Shown: positions 49,482 to 58,954 of the stretch, one piece after another
How the letters are laid out: the number at the start of each line of letters is the position of its first letter
How positions within the stretch are numbered: the stretch's first letter is position 1
From: an uncultured Clostridia bacterium
GTDB taxonomy: Bacteria; Bacillota; Clostridia; Christensenellales; Borkfalkiaceae
NCBI GenBank assembly: GCA_944328495.1
Contig: CALVHR010000008.1
Span: 2,385-66,384, forward strand
Reading direction: 5' to 3'
DNA length: 64,000 nucleotides
Program-made: the position numbers and the translations under genes
Notes under the pieces: model-generated
What the model was told of the DNA's origin: nothing
The model's database searches: none
The model's input: only the letters and a program-made list of their open reading frames with translations

Positions 49482-50050
49482 ATGAATCACATGAGCGTTT
49501 TTGAAAAGAGTCCCGATCCGATTTTTGCACGCAAAGAGATCAGCCTGCTGGACGGCGAATGGGAGATCTCGATCGGCGGGGAGCAGTTTTGCCGCTTGCG
49601 CACGACGCAAAAAATACAAAGGAACAGAGCTGGAACGAATTGACATTTGATTACTATCCCGACAAAGAGGCTTGCGATGCAGATTTTCTCTATGAAGATG
49701 ACGGGGAAACGACTGCTTATCGGCAGGGCGAGTTCCGAATCGGCGAATACGAAGCGAAGTACGATCGAAAAGAGAACGCGTACGTGATCCGCTTTGCGGC
49801 TTCCGAAGGTTCGTTTGCGGGAAAAAGAGCTTGCACGATGAGAAAGGCGGCGGTCCGCGTACATTCATGCGGAGGAAAGATTGAGCGTGCGGAGATGAAC
49901 GGGGAGGAGCTTGTGGTTGAGCAGATCGGCCGCGACGCCGAGGCATTCCCGTTTGCGGCGGAAGGCGGCGCGGCGGACGGAGACGTTTTCACCGTGCGCG
50001 TGTGTATGGATTTGTCGCAGTCTCACGAAATCAAATTTTATCTTGCCTGA
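49482..50050 (+). pseudogene. glycoside hydrolase remnant (short N-terminal piece fused out of frame to a GH31-type C-terminal beta-sandwich)
   Basis: MNHMSVFEKSPDPIFARKEISLLDGEWEI stops at 49643. The overlapping frame gives NELTFDYYPDKEA..FLYEDDGETTAYRQGEF, typical of the distal C-terminal domain of GH31 enzymes. The catalytic core is absent. Confidence 0.5.
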
Positions 50051-50199
50051 GAGAAATCACTGTGGTGCCGTATCGCGAATGTTGCAGGTAACGGCAAAAA
50101 TTGAAATAAAAATCATCGGATAGTGGAGTTTCCCTGAAATTTTGAAGTAATTTGCAGTAATTGCATAGTACTATATTACACATAATACGGAGAATATTT

Positions 50200-52215
50200 A
50201 TGAAAAGAATCTTACCGGCTTATCCTTTATGGATCATTGATCCGAACTTCTCGGTGTGGTCGCCCTGCAACGGGTTGAACGGCGGGGACACGATTTTTTG
50301 GACGGGGCTTGTGCGCAGGACGTACGGTTTTGTGCGGGCCAACGGAAAGACGTATTGTTTTATGGGGAAGCGAGAGGGAGCGGAACCGTTGAAACAGACG
50401 GATGTGAGCATCTCGGCTTTCGGAACGAAATATGAATTCAAAGCGAAAGAGTTTACTTTGAAAGTCAATTTTGTTTCGCCGCTTTTTCCGGATGATTTAA
50501 AGCGGCTCTCTTGTCCCGTTTGCTATACGGAGTACAAAGTAAAGTTTAAGGGAGAAAAGCCGGACGACTTTTCGATCGCTTTGGCTTTGGACGAAGAATA
50601 CTGCTATAATGACGAACGCGCGCGCGTGGTCGGCGGGGTTTTGCCGTTGAACGGATATGAAGCGGCGTTCATGACGCGTGAACGCAACCTGATTTTGTCC
50701 AATGCGGAAGACTGCATAGCGCCTGACTGGGGCGATACCTATCTTGCGGGCGAAGCTTGCTGGTTTATAACCGATTCGGCGTTGAACCGTTATGTTTCGG
50801 AAGGGAAGGCGGATTATATTCGCAAGGGCAGCGAGCGAAATTACATACTTGCCGTGAACCGAGAAGAGAAGGGATATTTCATGACGGCGTTTGACGACCG
50901 CGTATCCATATTTTATTTTGGGGAATGGCTGAAAGGTTATTATTGTAAGGACGGAAAGAGCGTCATTGATGCGATGGACGAATCGCGCGAGAGGCATGAC
51001 GAAATTCTCAAAAGGTGCGACGAGTTTGACGCAAAGCTGAAAGCGGATTGCAAAGAGGTAGGGAAAGACTATTATACGCTCGCATGCGCATCCCTGCGTC
51101 AATCGGTGGGCGCGCACAAGCTTGTGGAGAACAAGAAGGGGGATCTTCTGTTTCTTTCCAAGGAATGCAATTCCAACGGCTGTATCGGAACGGTCGATGT
51201 AAGCTACCCTTCGATGCCGCTGTATCTTCTGTACAATCCCGAACTTGTGAACGCGATGATGAACGGTATTTTTGATTTTGCGCGGATGCCGGTTTGGACG
51301 TATGATTTTGCGCCGCACGATCTGGGTACATATCCGTGGTGCTGCGGGCAGGTGTACGGTGTAGAGAATCGCGATGATAAATACAGCTGTAACATGACAT
51401 GTTTTTGGCATTATCCGCGCACACATACAATGTTGTATCTGCGCCCTGCGGCGAGCCGGGTATATGAAACAAATCATCAGATGCCGGTGGAAGAGTGCGG
51501 GAATATGCTTGTGATGACGGCGGCGGCGCTGCGAGCGGGGGCGAGCGACAAAGTTGCGCGGGATAATTTTGATTTGCTCGAACAGTGGGTCGTGTATTTG
51601 GAAAAATACGGGCTGCAACCGGAGAACCAGCTTTGCACGGATGATTTTGCGGGGCATTTGGCAAACAATGTTAACCTTGCGATCAAAGCACTTGCGGGGC
51701 TTGAAGGATTTTCGATCATATGCGAAAAGCTTGGGAAAGCGGATCGAGCGGAAGAATATGCGGACAAAGCAAAAGTGTTTGCTGCGGAGCTGAAAAAGCT
51801 GACCGGCGACGGGGTGATGCCGCTTGCTTACGGAGAAAAAGATACATATTCGCTGAAATATAATATACTGTTTGACAAGTTGTTCGGGTTTGATTTGATC
51901 GGGCAGGAAGCGTGCGAGCGTGAGACGCAATACTATATAGAGAAAAACAATGCATACGGTGTTCCTTTGGATACGCGCAAAGCATATACGAAGTCAGACT
52001 GGATCCTATGGGCGGCGGCGTTGACGGACGACAAGGAGAAGACGGAGGCATTGTATATGCCGGTAGTGCGATATCTTGCGGAAAGTCCGTCGAGAAAGCC
52101 GTTCGGCGACTGGTACGATACGGAAAACGGAGTGATCGAATGGTTTTATAATCGTACGGTGCAAGGCGGGATTTTTGCTCCGTTGCTCAAAGAAAAAGGA
52201 ATTTTGAATAATTAA
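50200..52215 (+). CDS. DUF4965/DUF1793 glutaminase-A-like protein (putative six-hairpin glycoside hydrolase), cytoplasmic
   Basis: GGAG RBS before the internal Met at 50200. The N-terminus PLWIIDPNFSVWS and the overall length fit the family. No signal peptide. Confidence 0.75.
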   Translation: MKRILPAYPLWIIDPNFSVWSPCNGLNGGDTIFWTGLVRRTYGFVRANGKTYCFMGKREGAEPLKQTDVSISAFGTKYEFKAKEFTLKVNFVSPLFPDDLKRLSCPVCYTEYKVKFKGEKPDDFSIALALDEEYCYNDERARVVGGVLPLNGYEAAFMTRERNLILSNAEDCIAPDWGDTYLAGEACWFITDSALNRYVSEGKADYIRKGSERNYILAVNREEKGYFMTAFDDRVSIFYFGEWLKGYYCKDGKSVIDAMDESRERHDEILKRCDEFDAKLKADCKEVGKDYYTLACASLRQSVGAHKLVENKKGDLLFLSKECNSNGCIGTVDVSYPSMPLYLLYNPELVNAMMNGIFDFARMPVWTYDFAPHDLGTYPWCCGQVYGVENRDDKYSCNMTCFWHYPRTHTMLYLRPAASRVYETNHQMPVEECGNMLVMTAAALRAGASDKVARDNFDLLEQWVVYLEKYGLQPENQLCTDDFAGHLANNVNLAIKALAGLEGFSIICEKLGKADRAEEYADKAKVFAAELKKLTGDGVMPLAYGEKDTYSLKYNILFDKLFGFDLIGQEACERETQYYIEKNNAYGVPLDTRKAYTKSDWILWAAALTDDKEKTEALYMPVVRYLAESPSRKPFGDWYDTENGVIEWFYNRTVQGGIFAPLLKEKGILNN

Positions 52216-52227
52216 CGGAGACAAGAG

Positions 52228-53058
52228 ATGAAGATCAAGTTTTTGGGTACTGCGGCATATGAAGGTGTGCCTGCGATGTATTGTCAGTGCAAGGTATGCC
52301 GCGACTCTTTGAAAACAGGCGGGAGGGCGTTGCGTACCCGTTCGCAGGCTCTCGTGGATGACATGCTTCTGCTGGATTACAATGCGGATACGGTGTGTCA
52401 TTTTCTGCAATACCGCATAGATTGGAACAAAGTCGGCAGTTGTCTGATCACGCACAGTCACAGCGATCATCTGTATCCTTTGGATATAGCAATTTTATCG
52501 ACTCCGTTTACGCATGAGCATCGTTCGCTGCGGTTTTATTCTGCAAAATCGGGATACGACAAAATCAAAGAGCAGATCGAGTTGCATCAAATGCAAAATC
52601 ATGTCGAAGTATCGCTGGTCAAACCCGGTGACATCTTTCAAATCGAGGAGGGAGGGTTTAAAGTACTGGTTTTGAAAGCAAATCATGCGGCGGAAACGAC
52701 GCCCGTGTTTTATGCGATCGAGCGAGGCGGCAAGCGGCTGTTGTACGCGCACGACACGGGAGTGTTTTATGAAGAAGTCTACGCGCAGCTGAAAAATTTC
52801 GGCAGATTGGATTGTATATCGTTGGATTGCACCGGCTGTTTGGGGATCGGTTGGGACTGGCGGAACGGACATATGAGTCTGCGGACCAATCTCGAGGTGA
52901 TCGAACGCTTGAAAAAGGAAGGGATCATGGACGAAAAGACGATAGTGGTTTCCAATCATTATTCGCATAACGGCGGACAGACATACGATGAAATGGTTCC
53001 CGAAATGGCAAAAAACGGGATCATCGTATCCTATGACGGTTTGGAGATCGAATTTTAA
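52228..53058 (+). CDS. MBL-fold metallo-hydrolase, PhnP-like phosphodiesterase
   Basis: N-terminal Cys cluster CQCKVC and metal motif THSHSDH. Confidence 0.8.
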   Translation: MKIKFLGTAAYEGVPAMYCQCKVCRDSLKTGGRALRTRSQALVDDMLLLDYNADTVCHFLQYRIDWNKVGSCLITHSHSDHLYPLDIAILSTPFTHEHRSLRFYSAKSGYDKIKEQIELHQMQNHVEVSLVKPGDIFQIEEGGFKVLVLKANHAAETTPVFYAIERGGKRLLYAHDTGVFYEEVYAQLKNFGRLDCISLDCTGCLGIGWDWRNGHMSLRTNLEVIERLKKEGIMDEKTIVVSNHYSHNGGQTYDEMVPEMAKNGIIVSYDGLEIEF

Positions 53059-53217
53059 TTTTATATTTGCGCCGTTCCATTTGATAGAGGATCAAAAACA
53101 TTTCTCAGAGGAGCTTCCGACAGGGTCGGGGGCTCCTCTCGGTTTATGATGGCTCGGGCAGAGGCGACGGTGAAAAAATTGATGTATAAAAATTTGGCAA
53201 AATTTTTTAATTAGCTA

Positions 53218-53376
53218 TTGACAAGCTGTATTTTTTGGGTTATAATGATACTGAAGAAAACACATTAACGATAATGTTTGTAAAAATAAGGACATCGTCG
53301 ACGCATCTTCTTAACCGGGTTCTGCAGCGGGAAAGAAGGCGGCCGGTGTCAATATTTATTTACATTAACGTTAATG
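53218..53376 (+). promoter_or_regulatory. consensus promoter plus two palindromic operator-like sites exactly 100 bp apart
   Basis: TTGACA (53218-53223), 17-nt spacer, TATAAT (53241-53246). CATTAACGaTAATG at 53263-53276 and the perfect palindrome CATTAACGTTAATG at 53363-53376. Confidence 0.6.
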
Positions 53377-53440
53377 ATGTGCGTTGGTTTATTGCCGAAC
53401 GCAGAATGGTAATGCGGAGAAAAATCAGAAGGAGGATCTG

Positions 53441-56407
53441 ATGAAAAAGATATTCAGGACAGTGCTTCTTGTCGGTACGATATTCGTACTGGCCGTCAGC
53501 ATGGCGGTATTTGCGGCATGCGGCGGGAAAGAAGGGACGGATGATGCGGTAAAATACGGCGTCACGGTAACGGAGACGGCAAACGGCGAGATCACTTCAA
53601 GCGTGGCCGAGGCGGCGGAAGGGACGCAAGTCACTCTTACGATCACGCCGGACAGCGGTTATAGGCTGGGCGAATTGAAGGTTGACGGTGAAGCGGTAAA
53701 CGTGGAAGGCAATACATACACGTTTACGATGCCCGGCAAAGCGGTGACGGTGGAAGGCTCATTTGTGGAGAATGCATATTCTGTCAAAGTGAACGCGGCT
53801 GAGAACGGAAAAGTATCGATCAGCAAGTCGAGTGCTGCACCGGGAGAAACGATCACGGTAACGGCGACGCCTGATTTCGGCTATGCTTTGGGAACGGTGA
53901 CGGTGAACGGAACCGCGGCGACGGTATCCGGCAATACGGCGACTTTTACGATGCCGGGCGCGGATGCGGAGATCGATGTGACGTTTACAAGCGTAGCGAT
54001 CACGGCAGAAGCGGTGCCGTCGGCGCGCGCGTTTGAGATCAGCGTGAAGGCGCTTGCGGGTGCCACGGCGAATTCGTACTGGACGGTTGCATTCGGTGAA
54101 TCGGCGGTGACGGTCGCTGCATATGTCGAGGATGAAGCAATAACAAACCGCGATGCGGTGGCGGTATATTTCGGGAAGAGCGGAATTGACGGGGTAAAAC
54201 TTTCGTCGGCCAACATTGGTATGCAGATCGCTCCGGCGGGCGAGGCGACGGGCTATTTGGTGACAAACGGTTCCTATACGGAAGGCGAAGTGCAGATCAC
54301 GGCAGCGGCGGTGCCTTGGGGCGAGCAGGCGGATACGATGCTCGGATACAAAGTGACTTTCGAGGTTGCGTATACAGCGCTCGAGTTTGAAGGTAAGGCG
54401 GCTGCGCAGGGAAGCCTGACTGTTCTGCCGATACTTTTCAATACAGACAGTACATACGCGCCGCGCGAAGGTACGATCGAAAACGGCGAAGCGGAAAATC
54501 CGGGATCGTATCCTGTATTCTCGGCGGACAATACGTGGAAAGAAAATTATTATGCGCTCGGAATCGGGCAGCTCGGTGACGGCAATGCTGTCAGTGCAGG
54601 ACGCTATTGGGATCTTGAAAAAGATTATGCGATCGATGATAGTGAAAATTATGCAAACCGCGAAGCGAAGTTGACGGGACATGACGGCGTTGACAACGAC
54701 ATCGTCTTCTTCCGTTCGGAAGGGAATGCGCTCTTTGCGAAAGCGACTTTCCGCGTCGATGATGTGCTCAACGGCGAGAAATGGGGCAAATTCGGCCTGA
54801 TGCTGTTTGACGGGGCATCCAAGACAGGTGTGTTCTTCTATGCGGATGCGTCGATCGGCGAAGGCAAGACGATCAGTGTAGACAATATTTCGGGCACGTC
54901 GCTCGGGTATAACGTAGGCAGCGGCAACTGGGGCAGCTGGGTCTCGATACCGGATTCTGCGGGTTCATTCAATCTGGTAACGCATACGATCACGTTGGCG
55001 ATGGTATATTATGAGAACATGATCTACATGTATTGCGGCGACACGCTGGTTGAACAGATCTATTATGTAGCAAAGACGGATGATTTGCAGATCGGTATGA
55101 AGTCGTTTGCGTACACCCTGACGGTGACCGATTATATGTCCAGCGACGACCCGACTTCGCCTGAATTTGCGGCGCATATTCCTGCGGTCGAGCAAGAAAA
55201 GGTAGAGGTTCTGTTTGCCGGCGACAGCTACATGCAGTTCCTGATCAATTACGGTTGCTACGAAAGCCTGACAAAGGAGATCCCGACGAAAGCGAACAAA
55301 GGCGTCGGCGGTACGCAGGTTCCGTATTGGCAGGGTGAATCGATCGTAAACATGCTGAAAAAGTTCTACAAGCCTGAAAAGATCGTTTTCCATATCGGCG
55401 TGAACGATGTGGATGCCACGTCGCGCAGCGTGGATGAGATCTATGCGGATTTGGTCGAGTTGTTTGGCATTTATAACACCACATTCCCCGATGCGCAGAT
55501 ATACTGGGTGTCGTTGATTCCGAACATGCTCTTCCCGAACAAGACGAGCGATTATCTTTCTTTAAATGAGAAAGTGAGTGCTCTTGCGCAGTCGACGAAT
55601 TATCTGAATTATATCGACGTAACGACGGCGTTCAGTGCAGGCAGTGATTCTGTTCCGGTGGCGCGCACATATATGTTTACGGCGGACGGATTGCATCTGA
55701 ATATAGAATACGGTTATCCTCTGTGGATGAAGATCATCAAGGAGGCGCTGGGATACACGGTCGCGTCGGGTGATACGTTCGGGTACAACACATCCGGATT
55801 CATGCCGACGGGCGGATGGACATACGGCACTGAAACGGCGTCCAATACGGGCACGGGCGAAGCGCTGACATATTATAAAGGTATCGGTCTTTCCGCAGAT
55901 ATTTATCTGCAAGCAGAAATTAAGAAAGGCGATACGTATTTGATGAACGGCACGAAGGATCCGTTCCCGAAGGTCGGTCTGATTCTGCACAATGACAATA
56001 TGACATTGTTTGCATACTTCGATGCGAATCCGGCAGATATTTCGAAAGGAAATGTCGGGATCGTGGCCCGTCCTTTGGATGCTTCGGGGAAAGGTTATGG
56101 CGGCTGGGATTGGGCCGGCGGCAGTGCAACAGTTTCTACGAATAAGAACTGCGAGGCGGATTATGTGTCGATCGGGTTCGGAAAACTGGGCGACGTACTC
56201 TTTGTGACGATCGACGGTGTAAAGGAACTCGAATGGAAACTTTCATCGGTGGGAGCCGACGATACGTTTGTTGCAGGCATCCTCGGATTCAGCTCGCAGC
56301 TCGACGTGCGCAATGTTACTACGGCGACGAACGTAACGGAGGAAATCCGGGCGATTTATGCTCCGCAGAGTGCAGGCGAAACCGAAACTCCTGCGGTGAC
56401 GGAATAA
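53441..56407 (+). CDS. multidomain lipoprotein: tandem beta-repeat domains, carbohydrate-binding-like modules and an SGNH/GDSL esterase domain
   Basis: AGGAGG RBS and lipobox FAAC-GG. Two ~75-aa repeats (YGVTVTETANGEI.., YSVKVNAAENGKV..). SGNH blocks FAGDSYM, GVGGTQ, IGVNDV and DGLHLN. Confidence 0.85.
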   Translation: MKKIFRTVLLVGTIFVLAVSMAVFAACGGKEGTDDAVKYGVTVTETANGEITSSVAEAAEGTQVTLTITPDSGYRLGELKVDGEAVNVEGNTYTFTMPGKAVTVEGSFVENAYSVKVNAAENGKVSISKSSAAPGETITVTATPDFGYALGTVTVNGTAATVSGNTATFTMPGADAEIDVTFTSVAITAEAVPSARAFEISVKALAGATANSYWTVAFGESAVTVAAYVEDEAITNRDAVAVYFGKSGIDGVKLSSANIGMQIAPAGEATGYLVTNGSYTEGEVQITAAAVPWGEQADTMLGYKVTFEVAYTALEFEGKAAAQGSLTVLPILFNTDSTYAPREGTIENGEAENPGSYPVFSADNTWKENYYALGIGQLGDGNAVSAGRYWDLEKDYAIDDSENYANREAKLTGHDGVDNDIVFFRSEGNALFAKATFRVDDVLNGEKWGKFGLMLFDGASKTGVFFYADASIGEGKTISVDNISGTSLGYNVGSGNWGSWVSIPDSAGSFNLVTHTITLAMVYYENMIYMYCGDTLVEQIYYVAKTDDLQIGMKSFAYTLTVTDYMSSDDPTSPEFAAHIPAVEQEKVEVLFAGDSYMQFLINYGCYESLTKEIPTKANKGVGGTQVPYWQGESIVNMLKKFYKPEKIVFHIGVNDVDATSRSVDEIYADLVELFGIYNTTFPDAQIYWVSLIPNMLFPNKTSDYLSLNEKVSALAQSTNYLNYIDVTTAFSAGSDSVPVARTYMFTADGLHLNIEYGYPLWMKIIKEALGYTVASGDTFGYNTSGFMPTGGWTYGTETASNTGTGEALTYYKGIGLSADIYLQAEIKKGDTYLMNGTKDPFPKVGLILHNDNMTLFAYFDANPADISKGNVGIVARPLDASGKGYGGWDWAGGSATVSTNKNCEADYVSIGFGKLGDVLFVTIDGVKELEWKLSSVGADDTFVAGILGFSSQLDVRNVTTATNVTEEIRAIYAPQSAGETETPAVTE

Positions 56408-56453
56408 TTACGATGTTCTGTCGCATGGCGGAAGGATAACGATCAAACAATGC

Positions 56454-56493
56454 AAAACAGGCGGTCGGAGCAAAAGCTCTGACCGCCTGTTTT
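56454..56493. terminator. bidirectional terminator after the SGNH lipoprotein gene
   Basis: AAAACAGGCGGTC / GACCGCCTGTTTT 13-bp arms. Confidence 0.8.
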
Positions 56494-56494
56494 C

Positions 56495-56592
56495 AAAAAG
56501 CGCCCGCGGAGAACCGCGGGCGCTTTCACATATTTAAAAACGTGCAATTCGTATGAAAGAAGCCGCGCAAAATTTTTTTGCGCGGCTTCTTT
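56495..56592 (-). terminator. two hairpins downstream of tRNA-Glu
   Basis: AGAAGCCGCGCAAAA/TTTTGCGCGGCTTCT (56558-56590) abuts the tRNA 3' end. AGCGCCCGCGG/CCGCGGGCGCT (56499-56524) has a T5 run on the minus strand. Confidence 0.7.
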
Positions 56593-56667
56593 TGGTAGCC
56601 CCATGGGGAATCGAACCCCAGTTTCCGCCGTGAGAGGGCGGCGTCTTAACCGCTTGACCATGAGGCC
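56593..56667 (-). tRNA. tRNA-Glu (anticodon CUC), CCA encoded
   Basis: 75-nt cloverleaf: acceptor GGCCTCA/TGGGGCT, anticodon stem CCGCC/GGCGG with loop CU-CUC-AC, T-arm TGGGG-TTCGATT-CCCCA. Own TTGCGT-17-TGcTATAAT promoter (-10 at 56688-56693). Confidence 0.95.
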
Positions 56668-56762
56668 GTGATCAAATCAGCTAAAATATTATAGCATAAA
56701 ACAGCATGAAACGCAAGCTATTCAAAGCGGAAATTCAAAAAAAGAAAAAGAAAATAAAAAAA

Positions 56763-56975
56763 GATCCGCCTGTGCCGCAGTTCGAAAAAGTGTTAACCCG
56801 CTTCTCGCAGGTGGGTGCGCCGCTTGCCGCCTCAGCCTTTCCGTTCAAAAACAGACCTCGCCTATCGGCATAGACCATTTCGATAGCGCTCCCTTTTAAC
56901 AAATGTGGATTAAGATAATTCGAACTCCGAACACCGCAGACCGATGTATGCTTATGATGCCGCAAGCGGCTTTCA
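56763..56975 (-). ncRNA. structured ncRNA candidate, 6S RNA-like
   Basis: TTGTAT-17-TATAAT promoter (-10 at 56983-56988). About 21 pairs form between 5' CGGTCTGCGGTGTTCGGAGTTCGAA and 3' TTCGAACTGCGGCACAGGCGGATC, with roughly 130 nt between the two arms, followed by a T-run. No credible ORF. Confidence 0.45.
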
Positions 56976-57070
56976 TATAATTATTATACACGATAATTGT
57001 GATAAATACAAGGAAATAAATAAAATTTTTATTTTCTTAAAAGCGGGGCGCGGGCAAAACAGAAATCAAA

Positions 57071-57916
57071 TCAAAATTTTGCCGCCGCGTCCAGTGCCTG
57101 CAAAAACCAAAGCATCTGGCTTTCCGAATTCAGTCCGTAGCGCGCCTCGGTTTTGTCGAGCTTCGTCTGGCGAATGGAATTTTTGGTAAATTCGGCAGAA
57201 ATTTCGACGGCTTTCGGCATCTCTACGCCGCGGGCGAGGCAGCCGACCAAAGCGCTGGCATAGACATCGCCTGCGCCGTGAAAAGCTCCCGAGATTTTCT
57301 CGGTGGAATACTTTTGTGTTTTTCCGCAGTACGTAAAATACACAGAAGAAAGGGGATTGCCGGCGGAATCTGTTTCGTCGCAGCCCGTAACGGACGGAGA
57401 AGGGCAGAGTCCGGCAAGTTTTTTCAGAACATCTTCGTATGAACCCTCGTTGACGGAAGAGTAATCGGTATCGGTGAGAAAGCTTGCTTCGGTCAGGTTG
57501 GGAACGATTATATCGGCGATGCGGCAAAGACCTTTCATTTCGTCGACAAATTTCTGATCGAAATGGGTATAAAGGCGGCCGTTGTCGCCCATTACGGGGT
57601 CGACGATCATGGTGCCGTCTTTTTTCAGAAAATCGCGTTTGATGTTTTTGACCATTTCAATTTGGTCGATGCTCCCGAGGTATCCGCTGATGATGAAATC
57701 ATATTGCAACCCGAGGCTTTTCCAATGGGCGAGGATGGCGGGGATATCTTCGCTCAGGTCGCGGAAAGTAAATCCCGTAAATCCGCCTGTATGCGTGGAA
57801 AGGATGGCGGTGGGCAAAATATCGCAAGTTACGCCCGAAGCGGAAATGATGGGCAAAGCAACGGTCAGGGAACATTTCCCGACGCAGGAGATGTCATTAA
57901 TGGCAAGCACTCGCAT
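57071..57916 (-). CDS. pdxK: pyridoxal/pyridoxamine kinase
   Basis: DPVMGDNG motif, C-terminal GAGD (HGAGDVYA), ribokinase-like fold pattern. Confidence 0.85.
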   Translation of the reverse strand: MRVLAINDISCVGKCSLTVALPIISASGVTCDILPTAILSTHTGGFTGFTFRDLSEDIPAILAHWKSLGLQYDFIISGYLGSIDQIEMVKNIKRDFLKKDGTMIVDPVMGDNGRLYTHFDQKFVDEMKGLCRIADIIVPNLTEASFLTDTDYSSVNEGSYEDVLKKLAGLCPSPSVTGCDETDSAGNPLSSVYFTYCGKTQKYSTEKISGAFHGAGDVYASALVGCLARGVEMPKAVEISAEFTKNSIRQTKLDKTEARYGLNSESQMLWFLQALDAAAKF

Positions 57917-58121
57917 GGTATAACTCCGAAAAGCCGAGCAATGAATTTAAAAGGGCGCTCAGCTGTTTGATATTATAAAATTATAGCGATTGTTCGCGGA
58001 AAAGTCAAACGGTTGCAAGCAAAAAACGGGTTGCGTGCGGGGTAAAAATTTTGTCGGGCATTTCTAAAAACTGATGCAAAATGCGGGGCGGAACTTTACA
58101 TCGTGCGCGTTTTATGATACA

Positions 58122-58937
58122 ATGAAAGGCATGGAAGAGCAAACAAAAAGCGGGTATATCATGATCAGCGGAGCGACGGGCGGTGTCGGGAGAGCGTTTG
58201 CGTTCGAATGTGCCGCGCGCGGTAAGAAATTGTTTTTGACCGGGCGGAGCGAGGCGCGTTTGGATGCGCTGATCGGCGAAATTCGCGGACGGTATGCTTC
58301 GGTATGTGCCGATCGTTTTGCGTGTGATCTGACGGATATGCATTCACGCGAAGAAATGTTTTCATACATCGGGGAGCAGGGATATACTTTTTCGGGGTTG
58401 TGCAACATTGCGGGGGCGGATATACAGAAACCGTTTGAGCGTTATACGCAGGAAAAGATTGCATTTCAATGCCGTGTCAACGTTGAGGCGGCGATGTCGC
58501 TGACACATTTTGTTTTGGGACGGCGGGACAAATCGTTGGAAATAGTTGCGATGGGCAGCATTTCGGCGGTGTATCCGATGCCGTATTTTGCGATATACAG
58601 CGCTACCAAAAAGGCGCTCGAGTATTTTTTTATGTCATTGCGCGTAGAGCTTCGCGGTTCGGGGGTAAAGGTCACGGTCGTGGAACCGGGCGGGATCTAT
58701 ACGCGTCCGGATATTTGCAAGGACATCGAAGGACAAGGTGTGTGGGGAAAACTTTCGGCGAAGACGCCCGCATACATTGCAAAGAAAAGTTTGAATGCGG
58801 TGCGCCGAAACAAGCGTCTGATACGTCCGGGATTTTGGAATAAATTTATAGCGGCGGTACCGCGGCTGGTGCCGCTCGGCGTGCGGATGCGTTTTATCGC
58901 GCATCGGTGGAAGAAGCTAGAAAAAGATGCGTTTTGA
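58122..58937 (+). CDS. SDR family oxidoreductase
   Basis: ISGATGGVGRAF cofactor motif and YSATKKAL catalytic YxxxK. Start uncertain (58122, 58131 or 58161). Confidence 0.8.
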   Translation: MKGMEEQTKSGYIMISGATGGVGRAFAFECAARGKKLFLTGRSEARLDALIGEIRGRYASVCADRFACDLTDMHSREEMFSYIGEQGYTFSGLCNIAGADIQKPFERYTQEKIAFQCRVNVEAAMSLTHFVLGRRDKSLEIVAMGSISAVYPMPYFAIYSATKKALEYFFMSLRVELRGSGVKVTVVEPGGIYTRPDICKDIEGQGVWGKLSAKTPAYIAKKSLNAVRRNKRLIRPGFWNKFIAAVPRLVPLGVRMRFIAHRWKKLEKDAF

Positions 58938-58954
58938 ACGCTGAGGAGAGGGGG

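Noticed and set aside
56443-56661. 72-aa minus-strand ORF
   Set aside because: Its first 23 codons are the tRNA-Glu sequence itself and the rest runs through terminator hairpins.
56735-56965. 76-aa minus-strand ORF (TTG start, ends in FFIFFFFF)
   Set aside because: It lies inside the structured-RNA candidate, starts at TTG without an SD, and its tail is translation of the terminator T-run.
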